DNA of 64,000 nt from Planctomycetota bacterium (lineage in GTDB: Bacteria; Planctomycetota; UBA1135; GCA-002748355). Below are positions 8,175 to 17,995 of the stretch, piece after piece (positions within the stretch are counted from its first letter, which is position 1; the number at the start of each line of letters is the position of its first letter). Position numbers and translations under genes: made by a program. A model generated the notes under the pieces. The model saw only the letters and a program-made list of their open reading frames with translations. It did no database searches and was not told where the DNA came from. The stretch lies in the NCBI GenBank assembly GCA_011321845.1, contig DROQ01000132.1, positions 1,796 through 65,795 of the forward strand. The letters run 5' to 3'.

Positions 8175-8502
8175 TCCAATGAGTACCGCTCGCCTCTTCG
8201 TTTTCGAAGGGCGAGCGGCCTCTGTTGGAACCGGCCCCCAAGCTCTCAAGTCGCTTCTCCAAAATCCAGACAAGGCGGGATCCCGGCCCGAACAGTTCCC
8301 GCGCAGCCTCCCAGACTCTCCGAGAAAAACCCCTTCCACATCGATTCATCCCATCCAATCGAAAACGCAGGAGGGCCAGAGCGACCAGCGCCTTCCACCG
8401 CCGCGAACCCTGCCCCGAAAAAGCCTCGGGAACTCTCCCCTCCGCCAGGTATCGCAGCAGTTCCAATCCCCAAGTCCCCGGGTTTTCTCCTCGTCTTCTC
8501 AT
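8071..8502 (-). CDS. hypothetical protein (doubtful)
   Basis: 143-aa ORF with a strong SD (AAGGAGGTGAG-ATG). However, its third-codon positions are unlike neighbouring genes, no family is recognisable, and it overlaps 104 nt of the Prx gene antisense. Confidence 0.25.
   Translation of the reverse strand: MRRRGENPGTWGLELLRYLAEGRVPEAFSGQGSRRWKALVALALLRFRLDGMNRCGRGFSRRVWEAARELFGPGSRLVWILEKRLESLGAGSNRGRSPFENEEASGTHWIIRSEADHRARRRTPGRFFHIPRRDRGYPVRRMG
8186..8218 (+). terminator. strong hairpin just after the peroxiredoxin stop (possible terminator, no U-tract)
   Basis: CCGCTCGCCTCTTCG-TTTT-CGAAGGGCGAGCGG: 14 bp with one bulged nt. It begins 12 nt after the stop codon. Confidence 0.45.
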
Positions 8503-8557
8503 CTCACCTCCTTGTCCACCACCTTCATAGACAAAGGAATCAGGCGAGAGAATCGTC

Positions 8558-10492
8558 TCAAATTTCTTCGAGATAGGTCTGTTCCTGGAGAGAATCCTTG
8601 AAGAGGCGAAGAAAGGACTGCAACTCGGCTTTTTGGATCCATCCTTTCCTGAGGGCCCCTTCAGCAGCTCTCCGGACTTTGAGCACGAGTTCCTCGGAGT
8701 TGTACTGAACGTAGCTCAAGACTTCGGCCAGGGAATCCCCCTCTACCACCTTTCCCAGGTCCAGCTTTCCCTCTGCATCCATTCGGACATGGACCACATT
8801 GGTGTCCCCGAAGAGGTTGTGAAGGTCTCCCAGGACCTCCTGATAGGCCCCCACCAGAAAGGCTCCCAGGAAATAGGGGTGTCCCTCTTTCTGCTCATGG
8901 ATGGGCAGGCTGTCCACCGCTCCATGCGAACCGATGAAGAGATCGATCTTCCCATCCGAATCGCAGGTCAGGTCGGCCAAAACCACATGCTGGCGGGGCT
9001 CCTCGCAAAGCCTCTGGATGGGCATCAACGGAAAGAGCTGCTTGACCGCCCAATGATCGGGAAGGGATTGAAACATCGAAAAGTTGCCGAAACAGGTTTT
9101 GCCCAGGCTCCGGCGGAGCGGTTCCAACTCTTCGGGCAAGACCTCCTCCTCCTGGGCCCTCTGAAAGACCCGGCGACAAACCGCCCAGAAAAGGTTCTCA
9201 CACTTGGCGCGTCCCTCAAGATCCAGGAAGCCGAGGGCGAACAGGGAGTTCGCCTCTTCCTTGAATTGGACGGCATCGTGGTAATTTTCGATGAAATGCT
9301 CTGAATCCGCTTCGCCCAAGAGTTCGTGAAATTTTCGCAGGATTTCAGGCGCATCCTCCCCGGGGTCGGGACAGGGGTCTTCTCCCAGGCCTCTTGACAT
9401 CCCCACCACATCGAAGATGAGCAGGGCATGATGGGCCACCAGGGCCCTCCCCGACTCGCTCACGATATGGGGATGAGGAACCCCCTCCTTGTCGCAGGCC
9501 TCTTCGATCGAAAACACCACATCGTTCGCATATTCTTGGAGGCTGTAATTCATGGAGGAGTGGGAACTGCTCTTGGATCCATCGTAATCCACCCCCAGTC
9601 CCCCTCCCACGTCGATCCAAGCCAGGGGTGCCCCCAGCTTTCGCAGCTCCACGAAAATCCGGCTCGCCTCCTTGAGCGCGGCTTTGATCGCCCGGATGTC
9701 CGTAATCTGCGATCCGATGTGGAAATGAAGAAGTTGGACCGCGTCCAGGAAACCCTCCGCTCGACAGGTCTCCACCACCTTGAGCAGTTCGCCCGCGGTC
9801 AGCCCGAATTTCGACCGGTCCCCGGAGGATTCATTCCACTTGCCCGCACCCTTGGAAGAGAGCTTGGCGCGAACCCCAAGGAGGGGACGTATCCCAAGCC
9901 TTTTGGCAAGGTCCAGACTGGGGCGCAGCTCCGCGAGCCGATCCAGAACAAGGAAAACCTTCTTTCCAAGTTGCCTCCCTCGGAGGGCCATTTCGATGAA
10001 TCCCGTGTCCTTGAACCCGTTGCAGACAATCAAAGAGTCCGGGTCCTCCTGCATTGCCAGAGCCAGCAGGAGTTCAGGCTTGCTCCCTGCTTCGAGCCCC
10101 AAGCCATGGGAGCGCCCAAAATGCACGATCTCCTCAATGACATGCCGCTGCTGGTTCACCTTGATGGGGAAAACGCCCCGATACCCTCCCCGATAGGAAT
10201 ACTCGGAGATCGCCCTCAAAAAGGCCTGGCTCACCTGACGGATTCGATCCTGGAGAATATCCCCGAACCGCAGCAGGAGGGGTGGTTTGAGACCCCTCTC
10301 CACCAGGTCCATGCTGAGTTCATAGAGGTCGATCGGGCTGGCCCCTTCCCCCCCGACCCGGACTTCGAGAGTCCCCTGCTCCGAGACCCCGAAGTACCCT
10401 TCCCCCCAGTCTGAGACGAGATAGAGTTTCGCGCTGTCCTGGGCCGTCCAGGGGCTCTTGGTAGGGGTCCCGTCCCGGACAGGTCTTTCCAT
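8558..10492 (-). CDS. speA: biosynthetic arginine decarboxylase
   Basis: SpeA-like N-terminus WGEGYFGV, PLLLRFGDIL and the PLP-site region GVFPIKVNQQRHV. Start trimmed to ATG 10492 (AAGGAGAAGAA-ATG), giving 644 aa. Confidence 0.9.
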   Translation of the reverse strand: MERPVRDGTPTKSPWTAQDSAKLYLVSDWGEGYFGVSEQGTLEVRVGGEGASPIDLYELSMDLVERGLKPPLLLRFGDILQDRIRQVSQAFLRAISEYSYRGGYRGVFPIKVNQQRHVIEEIVHFGRSHGLGLEAGSKPELLLALAMQEDPDSLIVCNGFKDTGFIEMALRGRQLGKKVFLVLDRLAELRPSLDLAKRLGIRPLLGVRAKLSSKGAGKWNESSGDRSKFGLTAGELLKVVETCRAEGFLDAVQLLHFHIGSQITDIRAIKAALKEASRIFVELRKLGAPLAWIDVGGGLGVDYDGSKSSSHSSMNYSLQEYANDVVFSIEEACDKEGVPHPHIVSESGRALVAHHALLIFDVVGMSRGLGEDPCPDPGEDAPEILRKFHELLGEADSEHFIENYHDAVQFKEEANSLFALGFLDLEGRAKCENLFWAVCRRVFQRAQEEEVLPEELEPLRRSLGKTCFGNFSMFQSLPDHWAVKQLFPLMPIQRLCEEPRQHVVLADLTCDSDGKIDLFIGSHGAVDSLPIHEQKEGHPYFLGAFLVGAYQEVLGDLHNLFGDTNVVHVRMDAEGKLDLGKVVEGDSLAEVLSYVQYNSEELVLKVRRAAEGALRKGWIQKAELQSFLRLFKDSLQEQTYLEEI

Positions 10493-10537
10493 TTCTTCTC
10501 CTTGCACGAAAAAAGGGCAGGAAAACACTAGCAAGCG

Positions 10538-11335
10538 ATGATGGAAGAAACCATTGGAGAAGCCCTGGTCGAAGTGCTGGTGGAACCCGACATCCACCGC
10601 AAGCTCAAGCTGGCGGAGGAGATCTGCAGGAGCGGGAATTTCCGGGTCAAGGAGATCCAAGGCCCGCCCATCCCCCCCCAGCCCGGAAGACCCAAGGATT
10701 GGAGGGTCCTGCCCACCGAAGAACTCCAAGAACGCCCAAGCTTGACCCAGGCGGATGGACGCCGAGCCCTGCTCCATTCGGTCGCCCATATCGAACTCTC
10801 CGCAGTGGAACTACCCATCCTCGCCATCCTGGAGTTCCCGGGAAGGGAAGCCGAATACTACCGGGACATGCTCTACATCATCGCCGAGGAGGTTCGCCAC
10901 ACGCGCTGGCTGATTCGAAGGCTCGAGGAATTGGGGGAGGAAATGGGATCCAGGTCCGTCCACCTCGGGCTGTGGAACACTGCTCGGGCTTATCCCGATC
11001 TCTGCGACCGCCTTGCGGTCGTCCCCAGGATCCTCGAAGCAAGGGGCCTCGACGTCAGCCACAAGATCCGGAGGCAGCTTGTGGGGGCGGGAGACCGGGA
11101 GTCCGCACGCATCCTCGAAGAGATCTATCTGGACGAAATCAAACACGTCGCCCTCGGGACCAAATGGTTTCGGAGGGTTTGTCGGGAACGGGGCCTTTCC
11201 CCGATCTCCCATTTCCTCTCCATATCCCGTAAATTCCAACCGAGCCGTCCGGTCGCCATCGACCGCGAGGGCCGCCGCCGCGCCGGTTTTTCCGAAGCGG
11301 AACTCGAGTTCGTCAAAGGGAAACATCAAACATGA
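10538..11335 (+). CDS. DUF455 ferritin-like family protein
   Basis: LHSVAHIELSAVEL, IAEEVRHTRW and LDEIKHVALG: paired E..H metal-site-like motifs as in DUF455. Confidence 0.75.
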   Translation: MMEETIGEALVEVLVEPDIHRKLKLAEEICRSGNFRVKEIQGPPIPPQPGRPKDWRVLPTEELQERPSLTQADGRRALLHSVAHIELSAVELPILAILEFPGREAEYYRDMLYIIAEEVRHTRWLIRRLEELGEEMGSRSVHLGLWNTARAYPDLCDRLAVVPRILEARGLDVSHKIRRQLVGAGDRESARILEEIYLDEIKHVALGTKWFRRVCRERGLSPISHFLSISRKFQPSRPVAIDREGRRRAGFSEAELEFVKGKHQT

Positions 11336-12849
11336 ACCACGCTACCTGGCTCTTTCTCGCCCTGCTCCCATCCCTGGCTGCCGCACAGGTCAAGAAACAA
11401 GGCTTCCTCATGGGCGAAGTCCGCTCCGTCGAAGGGCAAAAAATGTCCGGAATCGAGATCAAAGCCACGATCGACCCGAGAAGGGTCGCGAGCTATGAGT
11501 TCTGGAGAGGTTACAAGCTCCCCGAATTCCCTTCATGGAGCACCAAGAGCGACCAGAACGGCAGGTTTCGGATCGAGGTTCCTCGAGGTTGGGAATACAA
11601 GGTCACCGCCCAAGCCAAGGGGTATCTGCCCTTCGAGGCAGTAACCTACGCCAACCGCCCCTTCCTGGTTCAAATGGTCCCGGGAAAAGCCACCCCTCAA
11701 GAGAAACCCAAGCTCCTTCCAGGCAAAGGATCCCTCCTCATCCAAGTTTTGGACGCGAAGGGAAACCCCGTCCCAGGAGTCGCCCTCCGCAAACCATGGG
11801 TCTTCGAAAATCTTGGGAAGACGGATGAGGACGGGAAGATCCGGGTGCCATATCGCAAGGACCTGTCGGAGGCTCCGCTGATCCTCATCAAAAAGGGCTA
11901 CCAGATTGCCGCAACGCCCCGAGGGGCCATGGAGAAGGGCAAGGACCATAAGGCCCAGGTCACCCTACAATCCGGGCGCAAGATCACCGGGCGCATCCTC
12001 GACGCCGAGGGCAAGCCCATGGCCGGCCTTCGGATCCTCTGCGAGACCGACCTCCCGGTCTCCTCGGAGGAAACCTTTGGGGCTCTCCCCTGGGAAACGG
12101 TTACGGACCAGGAAGGGAGATTCCGGATTGCGGAGCTGGGAGACAAATGGCGCTATTGGATCCGAACCATCCTTCCCAATGGAACCCCCGTCGAGATCGC
12201 CCAAGGAATCATGGAGGCAGAAGAACGGGTCGTTCCCGACCTCAGGGCCGGCCCCTTTTCCTCGGTCTCCGGGTTGGTCCGCCTTCGCACGGGGGGAAGC
12301 GCCGCCGAGGGCAGGGTCCACGTTCTTCGCCTGTGGAAGGAAAAGGTTTGGCAGCTTCTGGTCGCCCGGGAGACTCCCTCCTGGCCCATCGACCAGGGAG
12401 GGGAATACCGTATCCCGGCCCTCGTTCCAGGCCGGTATGAACTCTGTTTCGCTTTTCCCGGAATGGAACCCCAGGTCCAGGTGGTGGACATTCCCTCCCA
12501 ACCCAAGGACCTCGAAGTCAACGTGGTCCTCGGACCGGGTCGGGCGATCCACGGCAAAGTGACCGACGAAAAAGGGGAGCCCATCGGAGGAGCCCTTCTT
12601 CGGGGAGTCCCGGACGCCAAGAATGAATTCTTCCCCATCGTTCCCAATGGACAGATGGACCACAACGGGCGTTTCCTGTTCGGCAATGTCCGGGTCCTCA
12701 CGCGGGAAAACGGAACCTATCTCCTGGAGAGGCTAAGAACCAAGATCCCCCTCCTGATTCTGGTCCTCAAGGAGGGGTATAAACCCAAGAAAGTGCGCCT
12801 TGGGGCCAACGACAGCAATCTCCTCAACATCGTCCTGGAGAAGAATTGA
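11332..12849 (+). CDS. secreted protein with repeated carboxypeptidase-regulatory-like beta-sandwich domains
   Basis: Signal peptide MNHATWLFLALLPSLAAAQ. Repeated segments of the type G.V.D..G.P..G. ATGA overlap with the DUF455 gene. Confidence 0.65.
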   Translation: MNHATWLFLALLPSLAAAQVKKQGFLMGEVRSVEGQKMSGIEIKATIDPRRVASYEFWRGYKLPEFPSWSTKSDQNGRFRIEVPRGWEYKVTAQAKGYLPFEAVTYANRPFLVQMVPGKATPQEKPKLLPGKGSLLIQVLDAKGNPVPGVALRKPWVFENLGKTDEDGKIRVPYRKDLSEAPLILIKKGYQIAATPRGAMEKGKDHKAQVTLQSGRKITGRILDAEGKPMAGLRILCETDLPVSSEETFGALPWETVTDQEGRFRIAELGDKWRYWIRTILPNGTPVEIAQGIMEAEERVVPDLRAGPFSSVSGLVRLRTGGSAAEGRVHVLRLWKEKVWQLLVARETPSWPIDQGGEYRIPALVPGRYELCFAFPGMEPQVQVVDIPSQPKDLEVNVVLGPGRAIHGKVTDEKGEPIGGALLRGVPDAKNEFFPIVPNGQMDHNGRFLFGNVRVLTRENGTYLLERLRTKIPLLILVLKEGYKPKKVRLGANDSNLLNIVLEKN

Positions 12850-12867
12850 AGCGACCCGGCACCAGCG

Positions 12868-14049
12868 CTAGCGCGCTAGTTGGAACGCGTCGAGGCGCTC
12901 CCTCCCGATGGAAAAGGCCTGGAAGAAGAAGCTCCGCTCTCCCGCCTCCACGAGCACATAGCTGAAGCAGCGGCAGCTCTTCTCCAACAGGGGATCGGGA
13001 TGGAGCTGGTACAGGTTTTTCCCACCGCCCCCCACCACCGCGTAATGAACTCCATCCTGGGGCTTGTAACGCTCATAGACATGATCATGGCCGGAGAGCA
13101 CCAGGCTCACCCGGTATTTCGCGAACAGGGGATGGACCAGCCTCCGGAGCTGATCGTTCTCCCTGTCCTTCCGGGACCGAGAGGCGGTAAAGAAGGGGCG
13201 GTGTAGAAACACGACCTTCCAGGGCTCTCGGGATTGTGCGAGGGTCCTCTGGATCCAGGCGAATTGAGGACTCTTCTCTCCGATCGGACTGGAAAAGGCG
13301 TCCAGGCAGAGGAACAGAACCGGGCCACGCACAAAAGAGTAATAACGCTGGTCCGCCCGCGGGTACAAAAAGGCCCGGAAGAGCGGCCCCCCCCTGGCCG
13401 TGATCAGGTCATGGTTTCCCAGACTGGGCCGGAAGTCGGCCCGGGCAAGGAGTTCTCGAAAGGGTTCGAAGACCGCAAGGCCGTAATGCTCCCAACGCCC
13501 CCAGGGATAGACCAGGTCCCCAAGATGCAGGACCAGGTCAGGACTCCGCTCCAGGATATGCCGGGCGAGGAGACCCTGGGCACCCTGATCGGGCCAGATC
13601 CTCTGCAGCCAGGGCGCGGGCTGGACTCCTGTGCTGTCGCGGAAATAGGTCCAGCCGGGGATTTTCCCCGAATCCCCGAAGGCGGCAAAACGAACCTTGC
13701 CCCGGCCGGGAAGGGGGGCGGTTCGGAAGACGCCCCCTCCCAACGACTTTCCTTGCTGGGAAAACAAGCGATAGCGATAGCGCGAGTCCGGCATGAGCCC
13801 GCGAATCCGGAACTCCCATCTCCCCCCGAGTCCCTTCCTCGCCCCAAGCTCCTGGAAAGCCCCCCCCATGGGGTCCCCGACTTCCATCCGCGGCCTCCCT
13901 CCGCCCGGCAAATGGAGCAAAACCGTCGCCTCATGAGGTCCCACCCCCTGGAGAATGGGACCCGACTTGGGATCTCGGTCCCCCGGACGCAGTGAAACCA
14001 CCATGGCCACAAGCAGAACAGGGGGGACGATTCGGGAAAGAGGAAGCAT
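12868..14049 (-). CDS. metallophosphoesterase (calcineurin-like / purple-acid-phosphatase-like), secreted
   Basis: Motifs GDSG, GDLVY, GNHD, VFLHRP and GHDHVYER. ATG 14049 is preceded by GGAGG. Confidence 0.8.
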   Translation of the reverse strand: MLPLSRIVPPVLLVAMVVSLRPGDRDPKSGPILQGVGPHEATVLLHLPGGGRPRMEVGDPMGGAFQELGARKGLGGRWEFRIRGLMPDSRYRYRLFSQQGKSLGGGVFRTAPLPGRGKVRFAAFGDSGKIPGWTYFRDSTGVQPAPWLQRIWPDQGAQGLLARHILERSPDLVLHLGDLVYPWGRWEHYGLAVFEPFRELLARADFRPSLGNHDLITARGGPLFRAFLYPRADQRYYSFVRGPVLFLCLDAFSSPIGEKSPQFAWIQRTLAQSREPWKVVFLHRPFFTASRSRKDRENDQLRRLVHPLFAKYRVSLVLSGHDHVYERYKPQDGVHYAVVGGGGKNLYQLHPDPLLEKSCRCFSYVLVEAGERSFFFQAFSIGRERLDAFQLAR

Positions 14050-14135
14050 GAACACATCCTCCCTTCCCTTTCCCCGAGGGCAAGGGGATTTGCTATGCTT
14101 TTACCCTTCCTCCGATCCCCCATCCCTAGGTGTCT

Positions 14136-15851
14136 ATGAAGTCCCCCCTCCGATTCCTTCTTTCAGTCCTTCTTTTCTTTCCTTTCCTGGGAAGGGCCTT
14201 GGAAGCGCAAGGCGTCCCCCTCTCCAAGGACTCCGCCATGGGGGTCTGGCCCTGGCTTTCGGGAAGCAGGAACATCGATGGCTTCGCCGACGAGATCATC
14301 TCCAAAACCCTCAAGGCCGGTTTGGACACGATCTACATCAGTGTCTGGAGTACGACCGGATCCAAGACAGGCATCCTCCGCATCTACGACGAGGTGGGGA
14401 CCTGGAAGACCCAGAATGGGAAGATCGACCCAAGGATCCACCTCCGGGCCTTCATCCAAAAGGCCCACAAAGCCCACCTCCAGGTCATCGGCGTCATCAC
14501 CGTCTTCAACAGCAAAGGCCCCTTGCCCAGCGACCACGGACATCAGGATTTTCTGGCGAACACGGTCCTCCGCTATCTCTTCAACAGCTACGACAATCAG
14601 GGCAAACCCTTTTATGGCCTGGATGGTCTCGCCCTGGATTACATCCGATGGTTCGGAGGCAACCACAACCCCACCGAGATCAATCGCTTCCTCGACCTCG
14701 CCCGCAAGGAGATCGGTCCACGGCAGCTGCACGCCTACCTCTTCGCCGGGGCCTATGCCCTGGACGGAGGAAGCTACAACAACACCTTCCGGACCTATGC
14801 TCAGACCCTTTCCTACCTGAGCACCCACTTTGGACAGAACTGGGAGGACATGGCTAGGCGCCTCGACTGCATGCTTCCCATGACCTACACCGCGAACGGT
14901 CATGTCTATGGAACCAACCTCAAATATATGGAAGGCTATGTCGAGGTCGCCGCTCGGTACGCCGTCCAGGCGGTCAACCGAGTGCGGAGCGCCTGCCGGG
15001 TCATGCCCGCCATCCGCACCTGGAACAGCAGAGGGCAGACCACGACCCGTGCCACCGTGGAGGCATGCGCCCGGGGCGCCATGAAGGGCGGGGCGGATGG
15101 GTACATGGCATTTCGATACTTCACCGCGCGGAGTCATGCGGATTGGTTCCAGGGACTCGCCCGCTATGCCAACAAGGGAGCCGACCTCCCCATCGCGGAC
15201 CTGAGCGGGGGCAGCCAGGGCATGGTCGCCCGGGTGGACTCGAGCGGCTCGGGGCACGCCTCCCTCCCCCCCTCCCAGCTCTTCGCGCGCTATGACCTGG
15301 ATGGAGACGGACGGTTTGAAACCAATTTTTCCTCGCCCGGGATCAAATCCTGGACCCTCAAGAGCCCCAAAAAACGCAGGGTCCATCTTGAGATCCGGGA
15401 CAGCGCGGGGCATATCAACGTCACGGCCCTGGAGTTGGGGGGAGCCCCTACTCTTACACCGACCCAGGCCAGCCTCTCGGCGGCCAGGGGGGGCACCGTT
15501 CGCATGACCTACGGGCCGGGGAGCCCCTTCGCGGGGAGCTTCTACCTGACTTTCATCGGGATGTCGGGAACGAGCCCAGGGACCCCCTTGGGGAACTCGG
15601 TCCTCCTTCCCCTCAACTTGGACCTTCTGAGCAGCCAGGCCCTTGGCCTGGTCAACCAGCCTCCTTTCCTCTCCTTCTTCCACAAGGTAGGCTTCTTCGG
15701 CTTCGCCGCCCCCACGCTCGCCATCCCTGCCGGAATCCTCCCAAAATCCTTTGTGGGAAAGGACCTCAGCATCGCCGTCCTGGATCTCGGAGGAAAGAAC
15801 TTCGGGGTACGCTTCGCGAGCAACCCGATTCAGATCCGCATCCTCCCCTGA
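14136..15851 (+). CDS. secreted glycoside-hydrolase-like TIM-barrel protein with a lineage-specific C-terminal domain
   Basis: Signal MKSPLRFLLSVLLFFPFLGRALEA. Barrel-like segments DTIYISVW, HLQVIGVI and GLDGLALDYIRW. The family call is tentative. Confidence 0.55.
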   Translation: MKSPLRFLLSVLLFFPFLGRALEAQGVPLSKDSAMGVWPWLSGSRNIDGFADEIISKTLKAGLDTIYISVWSTTGSKTGILRIYDEVGTWKTQNGKIDPRIHLRAFIQKAHKAHLQVIGVITVFNSKGPLPSDHGHQDFLANTVLRYLFNSYDNQGKPFYGLDGLALDYIRWFGGNHNPTEINRFLDLARKEIGPRQLHAYLFAGAYALDGGSYNNTFRTYAQTLSYLSTHFGQNWEDMARRLDCMLPMTYTANGHVYGTNLKYMEGYVEVAARYAVQAVNRVRSACRVMPAIRTWNSRGQTTTRATVEACARGAMKGGADGYMAFRYFTARSHADWFQGLARYANKGADLPIADLSGGSQGMVARVDSSGSGHASLPPSQLFARYDLDGDGRFETNFSSPGIKSWTLKSPKKRRVHLEIRDSAGHINVTALELGGAPTLTPTQASLSAARGGTVRMTYGPGSPFAGSFYLTFIGMSGTSPGTPLGNSVLLPLNLDLLSSQALGLVNQPPFLSFFHKVGFFGFAAPTLAIPAGILPKSFVGKDLSIAVLDLGGKNFGVRFASNPIQIRILP

Positions 15852-16003
15852 ATGGGGGAGTAGGGGCCGCATGGGGGCCGTAACAAATCTATGGAATCCC
15901 TAATGTTGCCTTGCCAAGTGAAGTTTTCGGTTACACTAGGAATTCTTCTCATTTCCTTTCCTGAGTCTTTCCCCCTGGAATCCCTCCTCGGAGCCTCGGA
16001 CCA

Positions 16004-16990
16004 ATGCGAAAACCAATGAAATTCATCGCCTCCTCCCTTCTTCTCGTCGGCTTCGGCCTGATCGGCAGCTCCATCCTCTTCGGACGGGGAAAGGGAGTCA
16101 TCGAGGGTGAGTTCCAGATCCCAAAAAATGTCACCAAGGCTTTCCCCGCTTGTGGCCAAGCACAATGCCACGGAACCGGCTTTCCCAATGAGCGGGGAGT
16201 GGTCAAGATCCTGATCAAAACCAGCGCTTCGATCCAGCTCGGCGCGAAGAGTCCACTCACAGCAACCCTCACGGGAGGAGTCAAAAACAGCACCAAGGGT
16301 GGCTTCAGCATGGACACGGATCTGGGAACCTTCACCGCGGGAATCGGAACCAGGACGGGCAATTCCAATCAGTCCATCACCCACAATTCCAGCGCCAGCC
16401 GCACCTGGACCTTCACCTTCAGCTCGACCAAGACGGGCCTCGCCCAACTCACCATGGTAGGCAATACCGTGGATGGGAACGGCCGGAACTCGGGAGACTC
16501 CTGGGCCTGGTACGGCCCCAACAGCAACCTCCCCGGCACCCCCTTCCGGATCTTTGTCAACGACTCCAAGGTCCTCCCCTACGGCAGCGCTTGCGCCGGG
16601 ACCAAGGAATTCGCCCCCCTGATCGGCATTCGCAAGAATGCAGCTCTTGGCCAGACCACCACGGTCGAAGCCTACAATCTTCCCCCCGCCGTCCCCGTCA
16701 TGAACATTCTGGGCTTCTCCAACACCAGCTTCGGAGCCATCCCCCTTCCCCTGGACCTGGGCTTCCTCGGCGCAAAAGGCTGCTCTCTCCGGGCTTCCCT
16801 GGACTTGAACCAGGTCGCCCTCAGCAAGGGGACCGGGGCGGGCAACGGGAGCGCCAGCTTCGCCTGGCCCATTCCCAACCTCAGCTCCCTCCGGGGCCTC
16901 AATCTCTATTTCCAGGCCCTGGTCTTTGACAAAGGGGCCAACGGAGCCGGACTCACCACTACCATGGGGCTCAAGGCCACCATCCAGTAG
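16004..16990 (+). CDS. secreted protein: Cys-X4-Cys-His N-terminal domain plus shared C-terminal beta-rich domain
   Basis: Signal MRKPMKFIASSLLLVGFGLIGSSILFG. PACGQAQCHG motif. C-terminus ...GAKGCSLRASLDL...WPIPNLSSLRGLNLYFQALVFD resembles that of 57517..58623. Confidence 0.6.
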   Translation: MRKPMKFIASSLLLVGFGLIGSSILFGRGKGVIEGEFQIPKNVTKAFPACGQAQCHGTGFPNERGVVKILIKTSASIQLGAKSPLTATLTGGVKNSTKGGFSMDTDLGTFTAGIGTRTGNSNQSITHNSSASRTWTFTFSSTKTGLAQLTMVGNTVDGNGRNSGDSWAWYGPNSNLPGTPFRIFVNDSKVLPYGSACAGTKEFAPLIGIRKNAALGQTTTVEAYNLPPAVPVMNILGFSNTSFGAIPLPLDLGFLGAKGCSLRASLDLNQVALSKGTGAGNGSASFAWPIPNLSSLRGLNLYFQALVFDKGANGAGLTTTMGLKATIQ

Positions 16991-17011
16991 GAGGCCCTTC
17001 GAGACCTCTTC

Positions 17012-17383
17012 TCAGTCGGGGAGAGTCGAAGGGTCGGGGTGGGTTACCCGCACTGTGGTTGTGATCCCTCCTCGGACCAGGAAATGTCCCTCGAGCTGGA
17101 GCCACCGGGGTTCGAGGGCGGCGATGAGGTCATCCGCGATCCGGTTGCAGACCGCTTCGTGAAAGGCTCCCTCGTCCCGGTAGGACCAGAGATAGAGCTT
17201 GAGGCTCTTCAACTCCACGCAGAGTTGATCGGGGATGTAACGGATCTCGATCCTGGCGAAATCGGGTTGGCCGGTCCGAGGACAGAGGCAGGTGAACTCC
17301 GGGCAATCCAGATGGATTTCATAGGAGCGATCTGGATTGGGATTTGGAAAAACCTCCAGTTCCTTGTTAGGTTTCGTCGTCAT
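17012..17383 (-). CDS. queF: NADPH-dependent 7-cyano-7-deazaguanine reductase
   Basis: 123 aa from ATG 17383. Motifs [15 protein letters not shown] and [10 protein letters not shown] are typical of unimodular QueF. The upstream part of the track ORF was discarded. Confidence 0.9.
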   Translation of the reverse strand: MTTKPNKELEVFPNPNPDRSYEIHLDCPEFTCLCPRTGQPDFARIEIRYIPDQLCVELKSLKLYLWSYRDEGAFHEAVCNRIADDLIAALEPRWLQLEGHFLVRGGITTTVRVTHPDPSTLPD

Positions 17384-17419
17384 CGAAGGTAATCTAGCGG
17401 AGCCAAAGAACGGGGAGGA

Positions 17420-17932
17420 ATGGTTTCTCCCGAATCCAACGGAGGAAATGCCATGGGAGTCCTGACAGCTGAGGACTTGATGCAGAAGAATGTCGCTTAT
17501 GTCCGCCCCAATATGACGGTCAAGGACTTGATCCAGTTCCTGAATGACGAAGGGATTCATGGAGCCCCGGTCGTGGACGGAGAAGGAACGGTCGTCGGGG
17601 TCGTTTCTCGCTCGGACATCTTCCAGATCTGGACAGACGAGGATTACGACGTCTGCGCCCCGACCTACCACACCATGACCGATGAAGGGGAATACATCGA
17701 CCTCCCCACCAACCTCCCGGAGGGACACAAGGCCGAAGAGACCGAAGTGATCGAGATCATGAGCAAATCTCCCCTCACCGCCTCCCCGGACACGACGGTG
17801 GGGACTCTCGCGGACCGCATGCTCAAGGAGAAGGTCCACAGGGTGATCATCACCAAGGACAACAAGGTCGTCGGGATCATCACCTCCACCGACCTGCTCA
17901 AGGCTGTCTCTTCCTATGAGAAGGAGCTTTAG
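17420..17932 (+). CDS. CBS domain pair protein
   Basis: Two CBS-like units ([18 protein letters not shown]...[20 protein letters not shown] and ...[22 protein letters not shown]). Possible start at 17453. Confidence 0.8.
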   Translation: MVSPESNGGNAMGVLTAEDLMQKNVAYVRPNMTVKDLIQFLNDEGIHGAPVVDGEGTVVGVVSRSDIFQIWTDEDYDVCAPTYHTMTDEGEYIDLPTNLPEGHKAEETEVIEIMSKSPLTASPDTTVGTLADRMLKEKVHRVIITKDNKVVGIITSTDLLKAVSSYEKEL

Positions 17933-17995
17933 CCCCTCCCCGCTTCGAACATGAAGATGCTGGGGGGGTTATGGGGGAGAGCTAGAGAGGGAGAG

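Noticed and set aside
14080-14100. GGGGAT-TTGCT-ATGCT upstream of 14136..15851 as a sigma54 promoter.
   Set aside because: The GG-N10-GC spacing fits, but the flanking consensus bases (CAC, TT) are mostly absent, so it is probably chance.
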